Below the pieces are notes generated by a model. It was not told the DNA's origin and searched no databases. It saw only the letters and a program-made list of their open reading frames with translations. The translations under genes were made by a program, and so were the position numbers. A DNA stretch of 60,303 bases, filler included. It is 3 parts of 3 records of this genome, joined end to end, with 100 filler letters (N's around TTAATTAATTAA, not from the genome) between each part and the next. Parts side by side here need not be neighbours in the genome. Positions count along the whole stretch, not along the records: positions 22,636 to 53,590 come from DRR723986_2318; 2 more parts are not named here. The stretch is one strand, 5' to 3'. Below are positions 38,757-49,004 of this stretch, one piece after another (the stretch's first letter is position 1; every line of letters begins with the position of its first letter).

Positions 38757-39857
38757 TCATCGCACCACGAGTTCCGCATGAAGCGCGCCGGCGGCGTTGA
38801 TCGCATTGAGAATGTCGATCATGTCGCCGGGCGAAACGCCGAGCGCATTCAGGCCGGCGATGACCTCTGACAGAGAGGTGCCGCCCGATACCTCGGCCAG
38901 TCCGGTGCCTTGCTCTTCGTCTATCTCAGCCTGCGTGCGGGGAACCACGACCGTTTCGCCCTCGGCAAAGGGGTTCGGTTGCACGGCCAAAGGTGTTTCC
39001 TGGATACGCAAGGTCAGGTTGCCCTGTGCCACGGCCACGCGAGAGATTCGCACGTCCTCGCCCATCACGATCGTTCCGGACCGCTGATCGACCACCACGC
39101 GCGCACGGCTTTCGGGTTCCACCATCAGGTTTTCAATGCGGAACATGGCATGGGCGGCCGAGGGTTCGCGCGTGGCGGCCAAGTCCAGCGCGACGGTGCC
39201 GGAATCGAGCATCACAGCCACGTCACGGCCATAAGCGCTGTTGATCACGCCTTCGATCCGAGCGGCGGTGGTGAAATCGGGGGATCGCAAGGCCAGCCTG
39301 ATCGTTTCGAGGCTGGATAGCTCGAAATCCACTTCACGCTCGATCCGCGCGCCGGAGGGTACTGTTCCAGCCGTTGGAACGCCCTCCGTCACGCTGGCGG
39401 CGTCGCCCTCGGCGACGGCCCCGCCCGCGATGACGGTGCCTTGCGCCACGGCGTAGATTTCCCCGTCGGCGGCGGTGAGCGGCGTCATCACCAGTGTGCC
39501 GCCCATTAGGCTGTCGGCATCTCCAATTGCGGACACGTTGATGTCGATCTGCGATCCGGCCCGCGAAAAGGGGGGCAGGGTGGCAGTGACGATAACGGCG
39601 GCCACGTTTTGCGGGCGAAACTGTTCGCCCGAGATATTCACGCCGAGCCGTTCGAGGATATTGGTCATGATCTCTTCGGTGAAGGGCGAGTTTCGGATGC
39701 CGTCGCCGGTGCCGTTCAGCCCCACGACAAGGCCGTAGCCGATCAGATCGTTGCCGCGCACCCCGTCAAATTCCACCAGATCCTTGATGCGGATGGGCGT
39801 CGCCTGCGCGATCATGGGCACGAAGATCAGGAAAAACGAAAGGAAAAAGCGGATCAT
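38757..39857 (-). CDS. flgI: Flagellar P-ring protein FlgI
   Basis: 'RIKDL...GYGLVVGLNGTGD', 'NVAAV', 'AGALHAEL'. Confidence 0.97.
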   Translation of the reverse strand: MIRFFLSFFLIFVPMIAQATPIRIKDLVEFDGVRGNDLIGYGLVVGLNGTGDGIRNSPFTEEIMTNILERLGVNISGEQFRPQNVAAVIVTATLPPFSRAGSQIDINVSAIGDADSLMGGTLVMTPLTAADGEIYAVAQGTVIAGGAVAEGDAASVTEGVPTAGTVPSGARIEREVDFELSSLETIRLALRSPDFTTAARIEGVINSAYGRDVAVMLDSGTVALDLAATREPSAAHAMFRIENLMVEPESRARVVVDQRSGTIVMGEDVRISRVAVAQGNLTLRIQETPLAVQPNPFAEGETVVVPRTQAEIDEEQGTGLAEVSGGTSLSEVIAGLNALGVSPGDMIDILNAINAAGALHAELVVR

Positions 39858-40864
39858 CTGAGGTACTCCGTCAGGCTGAGGCGGGAAAGGCGGGTGGTCA
39901 GCAGGTAGAGCGCTTCGAGCCGCGTCTCGGCTTCCTGCAATTCGGTTGCGGTGCTGTAGGGGTCGGCGCCGGTCAGGCGGCTGCGTTCCAGTTCCAGCAG
40001 GCCGCGGGTTGTCTCGCCGCGCAGCTCTGCTGCCTCAAGCCGGCCCTCGACATGGCCCACGCGGGCCCGCAGATCGGTGACGCCGTCATTGCCCGACGCC
40101 ATGTCCAGCGCCGCGCGTTCCAGAAGTTGGCGTTTTTCATCATCGCTGAAACTGCCCGTGTCATTGGACACCAACGTTGCCAGTGCCATCCCCATCAGCC
40201 CGCGCCGAATACCGGGATCGAGCGCTGAAACCGGGTTCTGGATGGTCTCGCCCTCGGCCACTGTAAAGCCCGGCGCAGGATCGGGGCTGCCCTGATAGGC
40301 CACAGTTTCGAACCCGCCGCCCGCATCCATGAACCAGTCGTCGAGCGTCGTGATCAGATCGGCCGCATCCGAGGCCCCGGTGGCCAGCGGTTCCAGCGCG
40401 GCCAGCAGATCCTCAACCGCAATCAGCGCGTCCTGATCGGTATGCGCGCCGGAAAACAGCGCCCGCCCCGCAACCGATTGATTGAGAGTGCCAACCATGG
40501 CGCCTAGCCGGTCGGGGGCGCTGGCGGCCATCAGTTCCATCTGTTGCAGGGTGCCGGTGCCGGTTGCTGACAAAAGCGCCGGAGCCATGTCAGAGAGATT
40601 GCCTTGCACGGCTTCCAATGCCGATTGAACCGCCGATGTCATCAGCGCGGCCTCGGCGGTGGCGTTGCGGTAGGCGGCAACCATACGCAGGCCGCGTTCT
40701 ATGCCCGATAGCGCTGAAAAATCCCCGCGAAGCGCCTTGCCGATGTCTGACTGCTGGCCGCTGGCCAGTTCCTGCGTCAGTCGTGACAGGTCGGTTTTGA
40801 CCTGCTCATGGTGGCGGCGCAAATGAAAGCTGCGGGCCAGATCACCCGTTGAAATGATGCTCAT
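39854..40864 (-). CDS. flgL: Hook-filament junction protein FlgL
   Basis: Flagellin-like termini ('QELASG', 'ADPY...LSRLSLTEYL'); follows flgK. Confidence 0.8.
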   Translation of the reverse strand: MSIISTGDLARSFHLRRHHEQVKTDLSRLTQELASGQQSDIGKALRGDFSALSGIERGLRMVAAYRNATAEAALMTSAVQSALEAVQGNLSDMAPALLSATGTGTLQQMELMAASAPDRLGAMVGTLNQSVAGRALFSGAHTDQDALIAVEDLLAALEPLATGASDAADLITTLDDWFMDAGGGFETVAYQGSPDPAPGFTVAEGETIQNPVSALDPGIRRGLMGMALATLVSNDTGSFSDDEKRQLLERAALDMASGNDGVTDLRARVGHVEGRLEAAELRGETTRGLLELERSRLTGADPYSTATELQEAETRLEALYLLTTRLSRLSLTEYLR

Positions 40865-40866
40865 CG

Positions 40867-42321
40867 CTATAGCCCCAGCAACCGTTCGATCATGTCGTCC
40901 AGCGTCGAAAGCACCCGTGCGTTCGCGGCATAGGCGTTCTCGATTTCCAACAAGCGCTGCATCTGCTGGTCGGTATCGACCCCGCGCGACAATTCCGCCT
41001 CGCGCAGCGCGGTAAACTTGCCAGAGGTTTCGGCGGCGCGGGCATCGGCGAATTGCCGGTCCATGGAGGTCAGTGACAAAAGGTCTGATGCAAGCTCTGC
41101 CATGCTGCGGCTGGTGCCGGAAAAGGCAGTGGAACTGGTCGGGCGTTCTGTTTGCAGCGCGTCCAGGATGCCTTGCAGCAAAGTTGGATTGCCTGGTGCG
41201 CCCTCGGTAGCGGCCCCGACCCCGTCGCGCAGACGCCATAGCGCGCCGCCTTGATCGGGATCGACGGCAGCGTTTACCTTAATGCGGCCTGCCAACCCCG
41301 CTTCATAGGTGGCCGAGGCCTGAAGGCCGTCATCGCTGAACAGGCCGGGATCGGTGGCGCCGCGCGTGGCGTCAAGGCCCGGGTCATCCATCCGCGCGGT
41401 GAGGTCCAGCGCCACGCCGTCCAGTTGCGCCTGCGCCTGTGGGGCGATCTCATCCCGCACGGCAAAGAGCGCTGCAAGCCGCCCGCCAGACAGGGACGCA
41501 TAGCTGCCCAAACTGCTGACCTCACGGCCATTGACGGTCAAACCCGAGAGATCGCTGTTTTGCAGGGACATGAGCGGGGTAATGGCCGGGGTGGCGGTAA
41601 ATCCGAATTCCACCGGGCGGCCATCGACAAGGGACAGCCCGTTGGTGGTGTAGAGGCTGACCATCCCGGCATCATTTCGCACCTCCCGGATCGGGATGAG
41701 GTCGGCAATCCCATCGATCAGAGATTGCTGACGGTCGATCAGGCCAAGCGCATCCTCCCCCCGGCTAACCGAGGTGCGGATGGTGCCGTTCAGGTCATGG
41801 ATGGCGGCGAGAGTGTGGTTGAGATTGGTGATCTCGGTGGCGATCTGGGCATCTGCCTGCTGGCGGATATCCTGTATGCCGTTCGAAATGTCGTTGAGTG
41901 TGCCCGCGAGTTGCTGCGCGGTGTTCAGAACCGATTCCAGCCTTGCCTGGCTGTCCGGGCGACTGGCTGCGGACACAAGGCTCGTTTCGAGCGCGTCGAA
42001 CCGGGCGGACAGGCTGGCACTGCTGTCAGGCGAGCCGATCAGCGTCTCGATCCTTTGAAGATAGCTGGCGCGTGTGTCGGCCTCCCCTTGCGCGGCCCCG
42101 GCGGATCGGCGTTCGCCAAGGATCACCGGGTCGGAATTGCGGCTGACGCCCACCACCTGAACCCCGCGCCCCGCGCCATGGGCTATGGACGACAGGGTAA
42201 GGCTGCGTTCGCCGAAGCCGTCTGTCCGGGCGTTGGCGATATTTTCCGACACGACCGACGCAGCCCGGCTGGATGCGGAGAGCCCGGTCAGGGCCGCGGA
42301 AAGGGCGCTGCTGATGGTCAT
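40867..42321 (-). CDS. flgK: Hook-associated protein FlgK
   Basis: 'VVSENIANARTDG', 'GVDTDQQM', 'AYAANARV'. Confidence 0.92.
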   Translation of the reverse strand: MTISSALSAALTGLSASSRAASVVSENIANARTDGFGERSLTLSSIAHGAGRGVQVVGVSRNSDPVILGERRSAGAAQGEADTRASYLQRIETLIGSPDSSASLSARFDALETSLVSAASRPDSQARLESVLNTAQQLAGTLNDISNGIQDIRQQADAQIATEITNLNHTLAAIHDLNGTIRTSVSRGEDALGLIDRQQSLIDGIADLIPIREVRNDAGMVSLYTTNGLSLVDGRPVEFGFTATPAITPLMSLQNSDLSGLTVNGREVSSLGSYASLSGGRLAALFAVRDEIAPQAQAQLDGVALDLTARMDDPGLDATRGATDPGLFSDDGLQASATYEAGLAGRIKVNAAVDPDQGGALWRLRDGVGAATEGAPGNPTLLQGILDALQTERPTSSTAFSGTSRSMAELASDLLSLTSMDRQFADARAAETSGKFTALREAELSRGVDTDQQMQRLLEIENAYAANARVLSTLDDMIERLLGL

Positions 42322-42342
42322 GGCCTAGCCCCTGACCCTGGA

Positions 42343-43644
42343 TCAGCGCTTGATATTGGTGGTTTCCTGCAACATCTCGTCCACGGTCTGGATGACCTTG
42401 GCGTTGGAGGAATAGGCGCGCTGTGTCTGGATGAGTTGGGTCAGTTCGCCCGCCACATCCGTGGTCGATTCCTCGCGCGAAAATCCCACGATGTCGCCGG
42501 TCGGCCCGTCGCCCGCATCCCACAGGAAGAACGACCCGCTGTCAGGCGAGATCTGATAGGCTTGGTTCGAAAGGGCAATCAGCCCGTTGGGATTGGGCAC
42601 GTCAATCAGCGGCACCTGATAGATCACGCGGGTAAAGCCGCTGTCATAGATCGCATGGACCATCCCTTCGCCATCGACCTCGACCGAGGTCAGGTTGCCA
42701 ACTGGCGATCCGTCCTTGACCACCGGCGCGTTGGAGAAACTGTCTGACAGCTGCGTGAACCCGCCCGGTTCGCCGATGATGCCGATATTGATCTCCATCG
42801 GGCCGCCATTCACGTTGACCTCGATCGTGCCGTTGCCAACGTCATAGGCCCCGCCGGTGATGGCGGCGACGGAGAGCAGATTGCCGCCGCTGCCGCGTGC
42901 GTCGTCGAAAGTGAGGGTGTATTCACCGATAACGGCCCCGCCCGAGGCAGAGTCACGGACTTCCATTGTCCATTCATTGGATGAGCCGCTGCCCGGAACC
43001 GTCGGAGTGAAGTTGATCTCCAGCACTTCCGATGTTCCGAGGTTGTCGAAATACTCCGTCGACATGGTGACCGTATCACCGGAAGCCCCGGCTTCGGTTG
43101 CGGTGGCGGGCAGGTTGACGGTCAGCTCCATCCGGGTGGTGGGGTCGCCTGCAAACTGGTTGGTATGCACACGAACCGGTTCTAGCCCGTCGGTGGTGTC
43201 GCGTGGGAAGGTGGGGATCGTCCCATCGCCATCGGCGGGCCAACCGAGCAAAACCAGGCCGGTTTCCGTGCGCAGCACGCCATCGGCATCGGGGCGGAAA
43301 GACCCGGTGGTGGCCAGCATCACCGGTTGGTTTCCGCCCTGCGATTCGAGCGAGGAGGCCGTGGTGACCGGGAGCATTCCGCGCCCACCGATTGCCAGAT
43401 CGGTGGGATTATCGGTTGTGATCAGGGTGCCGCGTTGTTCGATCATGCGCCCGGTAATGACCCGGACGCCGCCGGCGGAATAGCTGCCATGGCCCTGGGA
43501 GATCACCATCGACTGAAAGTTGGTCACGGCACGCTTGTAACCGTAGGTGCCCGAATTCGCGATATTGTCGGAAATCGTGGCGAGGCGGCTGGCGTTCACG
43601 TTAAGCCCGGCAACCCCTGAATTAAGCGAGGAAGAAATCGTCAT
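42343..43644 (-). CDS. flgE: Flagellar hook protein FlgE
   Basis: 'ISDNIANSGTYGYK', 'TDLAIGGRG', 'QRAYSSNAKVIQTVDEML'. Confidence 0.93.
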   Translation of the reverse strand: MTISSSLNSGVAGLNVNASRLATISDNIANSGTYGYKRAVTNFQSMVISQGHGSYSAGGVRVITGRMIEQRGTLITTDNPTDLAIGGRGMLPVTTASSLESQGGNQPVMLATTGSFRPDADGVLRTETGLVLLGWPADGDGTIPTFPRDTTDGLEPVRVHTNQFAGDPTTRMELTVNLPATATEAGASGDTVTMSTEYFDNLGTSEVLEINFTPTVPGSGSSNEWTMEVRDSASGGAVIGEYTLTFDDARGSGGNLLSVAAITGGAYDVGNGTIEVNVNGGPMEINIGIIGEPGGFTQLSDSFSNAPVVKDGSPVGNLTSVEVDGEGMVHAIYDSGFTRVIYQVPLIDVPNPNGLIALSNQAYQISPDSGSFFLWDAGDGPTGDIVGFSREESTTDVAGELTQLIQTQRAYSSNAKVIQTVDEMLQETTNIKR

Positions 43645-43700
43645 TGGAATGCGCCTTTCTGCTGCATCTCGTCCTTTGGGACAGACAAGCACAGGCGCAT

Positions 43701-43716
43701 TTAACAGGAGCCTAAC
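43701..43716. promoter_or_regulatory. CtrA-like box upstream of flgE
   Basis: TTAA-N7-CTAAC. Confidence 0.6.
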
Positions 43717-43740
43717 ACATAAAAATCGAAGTGTTTTCTG

Positions 43741-44580
43741 TCAGGGCAGGCTGCGCAGCAGGGTTATTTCCACCCGATCATTGCGCACTGCCATGCTGTC
43801 CGCCACGGCGGGGCTGCGGTCGGCATGGCCGGTCACACGCTGAAACCGGGCAGCATCCAGTCCGGCATCCTGCAAAGCTGCCCGGATGGCCCGCGCCTGT
43901 GCAATGGACCGGTCCCACGTGGTGTCTTGTGCCACCACGATGGGATCGGACCGGACATGCGCCGCGACGGCGACGCCGTTGATGACGGTGCCGAACAGAT
44001 TTGCCATGACGGCAAGAAGATCCTCCAGCCAAGGCTCCGGTGTGATCCCGTCAGTGCCAAACAGCGGTGTGGCGGGACGGGCAAATACCTCTATCACCAG
44101 ACCCTGGTCGGTCAGCCGGGTCTGAACATGGTCGAGCGTTTCGTCCGAGACCCGCGCATCGCCGCCGCCGTCCATCAGCGAATCCTCGATATCTTCCATC
44201 AACGCCTGTTCCAATTCCTCGGCGCTGTGATCGGTGCCTTCCATACCCATGGCCTGGCGGCCCTCTGTCGGGCGTTGATCGGACGCGCCTGTGCCGTTCT
44301 GCGCCACGACGGTTTCGGAAAATGGACTGTCCCCGCCGAAAGACCCATCGCCGCCGCCAGATATGCGCGAGATGGGAATCGTCGGGCTGAAATAGTCGGC
44401 GATCCCCTTGCGCTGCTGTTCGGTCGTGGCATTCAGCAGCCACATCAGCATGAAGAACGCCATCATCGCGGTCACGAAATCCGCATATGCCACCTTCCAT
44501 GCACCGCCATGGTGGCCATCGCCCCCGACGATCTTTTTCTTCTTGATGATGATCGGGCGCAATTCGTTCTGCGCAGCCAT
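43741..44580 (-). CDS. motB: Flagellar stator MotB
   Basis: 'HHGGAWKVAYADFVTAMMAFF', OmpA-like tail 'RNDRVEI'. Confidence 0.95.
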   Translation of the reverse strand: MAAQNELRPIIIKKKKIVGGDGHHGGAWKVAYADFVTAMMAFFMLMWLLNATTEQQRKGIADYFSPTIPISRISGGGDGSFGGDSPFSETVVAQNGTGASDQRPTEGRQAMGMEGTDHSAEELEQALMEDIEDSLMDGGGDARVSDETLDHVQTRLTDQGLVIEVFARPATPLFGTDGITPEPWLEDLLAVMANLFGTVINGVAVAAHVRSDPIVVAQDTTWDRSIAQARAIRAALQDAGLDAARFQRVTGHADRSPAVADSMAVRNDRVEITLLRSLP

Positions 44581-44641
44581 GAAATGCCTCGTCCAGCAGG
44601 AGCGTCGAAGCGCACCCTAGCCCGGTCCGGTGAAGGAAGGC

Positions 44642-45547
44642 TTAATCGTGGGACCTGGGTGTCTGGTGGGCCTCTTCCAGCAACCAGTCGCGGGTCTTTC
44701 GAACCTCGGTCGACAGGGACGACCCGCTGCGGGTCAGCAGATGAAAGGCGCGTTCGGGATGCAGCATCTGCGGAAATGGCTGAACAAGGGCACCGCTGTC
44801 TATGTCTTGCGCGGCAAAGGGAAACACGCCGAGCGCCACGCCAAGCCCGTCTTGGGCGGCCTGTAGCACGACATTGGAATCCGTGATCACGGTCTCCTCG
44901 GCAAGGGACAGGCCCGGCGCGCCCGCAAGGGCGAGCCAGGCCATCCATTCCGACCGGTCATGCTGGTGAATGATCGGATAGCGCGAGAGAGCGGCGGGGT
45001 TTGGCAGCCCGCCCAGGTTACGCAACAGGGCAGGGCTGAGAACCGGGCTGTAGGTGATCTCTAGCAGTTTGGTGGCATCCAGCCCCGACCAGCCGCCGAC
45101 ACCCCAATCCACCGCGATCTGTGCGATCATGTTGGCGGCGCTTGTAATCCGCGGGCTGTGATGCAGGACAAGTTCTATTTCCGGGTGCTTCCTGCGAAAT
45201 CGCCCCAGCCGAGGGAGCAGCCAGCGAGAGCCGAAAATTGGGCCAACTGCCAGTGTCACGGTCTTGCGGGGGGCGAGGATATGGGTCTCGACCTCTGCCC
45301 GGATATCATCGAACGCGCGGCTGACGACCTGCGCCAGAGATCGGCCCGCATCGGTTAGCACCACGGCGCGGGTCTTGCGGATGAACAGCGGACATCCCCA
45401 GTCCTTTTCAAGCTGCCTGATCTGGTTGCTGATGGTCGTGGTACTGACGCATAGCTCTTCGGCGGCGTCCTTGAAGCTGAGCAGCCTTGCTGCGGCTTCG
45501 AAACTGCGCAAGGCGGTAAGGGGAAGGCGCCTGTTGGAAAGTTTCAT
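44642..45547 (-). CDS. LysR family regulator (GcvA-like)
   Basis: 'PLTALRSFEAAARLLSF..AAEEL', 'WLLPRL'. Confidence 0.93.
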   Translation of the reverse strand: MKLSNRRLPLTALRSFEAAARLLSFKDAAEELCVSTTTISNQIRQLEKDWGCPLFIRKTRAVVLTDAGRSLAQVVSRAFDDIRAEVETHILAPRKTVTLAVGPIFGSRWLLPRLGRFRRKHPEIELVLHHSPRITSAANMIAQIAVDWGVGGWSGLDATKLLEITYSPVLSPALLRNLGGLPNPAALSRYPIIHQHDRSEWMAWLALAGAPGLSLAEETVITDSNVVLQAAQDGLGVALGVFPFAAQDIDSGALVQPFPQMLHPERAFHLLTRSGSSLSTEVRKTRDWLLEEAHQTPRSHD

Positions 45548-45572
45548 GCCGCGCTCCGCAAGCGGGATATGG

Positions 45573-45587
45573 ATAAAGATTTCTTAT
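45573..45587. promoter_or_regulatory. LysR-type recognition site
   Basis: ATAA-N7-TTAT dyad containing T-N11-A between the divergent LysR and mttB-like genes. Confidence 0.6.
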
Positions 45588-45673
45588 TGCATAGAGGGTG
45601 GAATAGTTGTTTGTCCAATCCTTCCGGTTTGGAAATGATCCAGAGCGAGCGCGAAAACGGAAAGGCGGCCGGT

Positions 45674-47218
45674 ATGGCACAAACAGGGGCAAGACGCCGA
45701 GGACGGCGACGCGGTGCGGATGGGGATGCACGAGCGGAAGCTTCTGCGACACCCCCGACCCGAATGGAGGGTGGGCGGCTTGAACCCTTCGGGGCCGACA
45801 GCATCCTTCTGATCGACGCAGCAGCGCGCGCCATCCTCGCTGAAATCGGCATGTCGGAACCGCCGCAAAGCGTTGTCGGGCTGGTCACCTCGGCCGGAGG
45901 CACCCTGACAGAGGCAGGCCGACTTCTGTTTCCGGCAGAGTTGCTGGACCGGGCATTGGCGGGAATCGGGCGCGAGGTCGCGCTGTGCGGCCGCAGGCCC
46001 GATCTGGACCTGCGTCTGACCGGCCAGCGTGTTCATGTCGGTACCGGCGGTGCCTCTCCGCAAATGGTCGATCTCGACACCGGGGCGTACCGGCCGTCGA
46101 CATTGGCCGATCTTTATGATGCGGCGCGGGTGATGGATGTGCTGGACAACGTCCATTTCTTCGCGCGCCCGGTGGTTGCCCGCGATATGGACACCGATCT
46201 TCTGCTGGATATCAACACCGCCTATGCGGCCTTGTCGGGAACCGCGAAACACGTGGTGGTCAGCGCGTCCAGTCCCGAAGCGGTGCGTGCAATTGCCGAG
46301 ATATGTTTCACCCTGGCAGGCAGCGCTGAGGCCTTTCATGCGCGTCCGTTCCTGTCCCTGACCATCAACCACGTCGTGCCACCGCTGCGGTTCTCGGAAG
46401 AGGCTTGTGCGGTCATGATCGAAGCCGCGCGGCTTGGCATTCCCATGCAGTGCAACACGTTCGGGCAGCTTGGTGCCTCCAGCCCCGTGACAGTGGCGGG
46501 ATGCGTGGCGCAGACGATCGCGGAAACGCTGGCTGGCGTGATCGTGGCCTGGTTGGCCAATCCGAAGGCGCAGATCATCTTTGGCCCGCGTCCGATGGTG
46601 ACCGATCTTCGCACTGGCGGCATGGCGGGTGGCTGCGGGGAACAGGCATTGCTGACATCCGCCGCCGTACGCATGGCGCGGCACTACGGCCTGCCCAATT
46701 CCACCATAGCCGGGGCAACGGACAGCAAGCTGCCGGACGCTCAGGCGGGGTTCGAGAAAGCGCTTACCGTGTCCATGGCGGCGCAGACCGGATCCAACAT
46801 GATCACTCAGGCCTGCGGTTCGCTGGCTGGCCTTATGGCCTGTTCGCTGGAGGCCTACGTGGTCGACAACGACATGCTTGGAACAATTCTGCGATCCCTG
46901 GCGCCGATTGAGACGGATGACAGCGCCCTGTCCGTTGCCGCGATCGCGGAAGTGGCCCATGGCGAGGGGCATTTCCTCGGCCGGCCCGAGACCTATCAGC
47001 GGATGCAGAGTGACTTCCTTTATCCAGACGTGTCCGACCGGCGCAGCCCGGAGGATTGGTCCAGCGCCGGAGCACCCGATATTCGCTGCACTGCGAATGC
47101 GCGCGCGCGGCAGATCCTGGCCACGCATTTCCCCACCCACATTCCAGCCGATATCGACGCCGCGCTACGGGACCGTTTCGATATTCGCCTGCCGCAGACC
47201 AGAATGAGGCCCGCATGA
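45674..47218 (+). CDS. Trimethylamine methyltransferase (MttB) superfamily protein, no pyrrolysine
   Basis: 'GASSPVTVAG', 'DLRTG', 'TDSKLPDAQAGFEK', 'GHFLG'; no in-frame TAG. Confidence 0.9.
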   Translation: MAQTGARRRGRRRGADGDARAEASATPPTRMEGGRLEPFGADSILLIDAAARAILAEIGMSEPPQSVVGLVTSAGGTLTEAGRLLFPAELLDRALAGIGREVALCGRRPDLDLRLTGQRVHVGTGGASPQMVDLDTGAYRPSTLADLYDAARVMDVLDNVHFFARPVVARDMDTDLLLDINTAYAALSGTAKHVVVSASSPEAVRAIAEICFTLAGSAEAFHARPFLSLTINHVVPPLRFSEEACAVMIEAARLGIPMQCNTFGQLGASSPVTVAGCVAQTIAETLAGVIVAWLANPKAQIIFGPRPMVTDLRTGGMAGGCGEQALLTSAAVRMARHYGLPNSTIAGATDSKLPDAQAGFEKALTVSMAAQTGSNMITQACGSLAGLMACSLEAYVVDNDMLGTILRSLAPIETDDSALSVAAIAEVAHGEGHFLGRPETYQRMQSDFLYPDVSDRRSPEDWSSAGAPDIRCTANARARQILATHFPTHIPADIDAALRDRFDIRLPQTRMRPA

Positions 47219-48150
47219 AAATCGCCGTATTCGGAGTGGGGGCCATGGGCTCGGTCTATGCCGGGCTCTTGGCAGATGCGGGACACGAGGTTTGGGCAGT
47301 CGACCCGTGGCGGGCGCATCTCGATGCCATCGCCACCACCGGCTTGCGTGTCGAAGGCGCCAGCGGGGACCGGGTGGTGACGTCAATCCACACTGCCGCC
47401 GATCCCGGCGATCTGCCACTCGTCGATCTGGTGATCATCGCTACCAAGGCCTCTGCCGTTGGGGATGCTGCCCGTGCCCTGACCGGGTGCATCGGCCCCG
47501 AAACGCTGATCCTGACCATCCAGAACGGGCTTGGCGCAGGGGAACGGATTGGCCGGCATATCGACACCGCCAATGTGATCCTGGGGGTTGCGGATGGGTT
47601 CGGTGCCTCGATGAAGGGGCCTGGCCATGCGCATCACAACGCCATGAAGCTGATCCGGATCGGCGAAATGGCTGGCGGCATGACCGACCGGCTTCAAGCG
47701 CTGGCAGAGGTCTGGCAAGGCGCCGGGTTCAATGTGAAGGCCTTTGCCGACATCAACCAGCTGATCTGGGAAAAGTTCCTGTGCAACGTGACCCTGTCGG
47801 CACCCTGCACCGTGATCGGATGCACCGTGGGCGAGCTTATCGACAACCCCGAGGCGCGGGCCATGGCGCTGGAATGCATGCGCGAGGCCTATGCCATCGG
47901 CCAACATAAAGGCATCGCCTTTTCCTTCGATGACCCAGAGGCCTATGTCACCGCCTTCGCCGCGCAGATGCCCCAAGCGCGACCTTCGATGTTGCTCGAT
48001 CACATGGCTGGACGCCTGTCCGAGATTGATGCGATCAACGGGATTGTGCCGGTTCTGGGGGCCGAGATCGGCTTGCCCACACCCTATAACCAGGCCCTCA
48101 GCACCATCGTGCGCGCCCGTGAGGCGGCTTTTGGAAAGGACAAGGCATGA
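47215..48150 (+). CDS. Ketopantoate reductase-family (PanE/ApbA-like) oxidoreductase
   Basis: 'GVGAMG', 'IQNGLG', 'WEKF..N', 'SMLLD...SEIDAING'. Confidence 0.9.
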   Translation: MKIAVFGVGAMGSVYAGLLADAGHEVWAVDPWRAHLDAIATTGLRVEGASGDRVVTSIHTAADPGDLPLVDLVIIATKASAVGDAARALTGCIGPETLILTIQNGLGAGERIGRHIDTANVILGVADGFGASMKGPGHAHHNAMKLIRIGEMAGGMTDRLQALAEVWQGAGFNVKAFADINQLIWEKFLCNVTLSAPCTVIGCTVGELIDNPEARAMALECMREAYAIGQHKGIAFSFDDPEAYVTAFAAQMPQARPSMLLDHMAGRLSEIDAINGIVPVLGAEIGLPTPYNQALSTIVRAREAAFGKDKA

Positions 48151-48995
48151 AACTTGCACGCTGGCAGCAAGATGGCGTTGAGGCCTACGGCCTGATTGCG
48201 GGGGCCAAGGCGCATGCGGTCAGCGATGTGTTTCGCGCGCAGTTCCCCGATTTGCACGATGTGCTGGCAGCCGGCGCGCTGGCCGGACTTAGGGCCGATG
48301 CGATGGCAATGCCCGCCGTGCCGGTCGAGGACATTAGCTGGCGTTTGCCGATCCACCGGGCGGCCAGGATGATCTGCGTGGGCCTGAACTACCCCAAGCG
48401 TTACCCGCTGGACCAAACCGTGACCCGGCCCGACAATATTGTCCTCTTTGCCAAGCTCGATGGCACCCTGGTGCCGCATGACGCTGCACTTGAGATCCCC
48501 TTGGACGAGGCCGCGGACAGCTTTGATTATGAAGGAGAGATTGCCGTGGTGATCGGGCGCGCGGCCCGCCATATCCGCCCCGATCAGGTGCATGCGCATA
48601 TCGCGGGCTTTACCGTGGTCAATGATGGCTCGGTCCGGGATTGGCAGCGTCATTCTGTTCACGCAGGCAAGAACTTTGCCGCGTCGGGCGGCTGCGGGCC
48701 CTGGATCACGACCGCTGATGAAATCGACGTTCCGGAGGCTCTGGAACTGACGACCCGGTTGAATGGCCAAGTCGTCCAGCATGCACGTGCAAGCGAGATG
48801 TATTTCTCGATCCCCGAGGTGGTGTCCTACATTTCTCGGATGTTGCCGCTGGCCCCCGGTGACCTGATTGCAATGGGATCGCCCGATGGAACGGGTGGCA
48901 GCCGGACGCCCCCGCGGTTCCTGAAGGAAGGGGACGTTCTGGAGGTCGAGGTGCCCGGCGTGGGCGTTTTGAAGAACCAAGTCGGAACGATCTGA
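48147..48995 (+). CDS. Fumarylacetoacetate hydrolase family protein
   Basis: 'ICVGLNY', 'DYEGE', 'NDGSVRDWQ', 'GKNF', 'PGDLIAMGSP'. Confidence 0.92.
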   Translation: MKLARWQQDGVEAYGLIAGAKAHAVSDVFRAQFPDLHDVLAAGALAGLRADAMAMPAVPVEDISWRLPIHRAARMICVGLNYPKRYPLDQTVTRPDNIVLFAKLDGTLVPHDAALEIPLDEAADSFDYEGEIAVVIGRAARHIRPDQVHAHIAGFTVVNDGSVRDWQRHSVHAGKNFAASGGCGPWITTADEIDVPEALELTTRLNGQVVQHARASEMYFSIPEVVSYISRMLPLAPGDLIAMGSPDGTGGSRTPPRFLKEGDVLEVEVPGVGVLKNQVGTI

Positions 48996-49004
48996 CGCCA
49001 TAGC

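Noticed and set aside
39854-40864. Flagellin (fliC) call
   Set aside because: Position after flgK and the terminal motifs fit FlgL better.
45674-47218. Pyrrolysine recoding in the MttB homologue
   Set aside because: The ORF is open with no in-frame amber codon.
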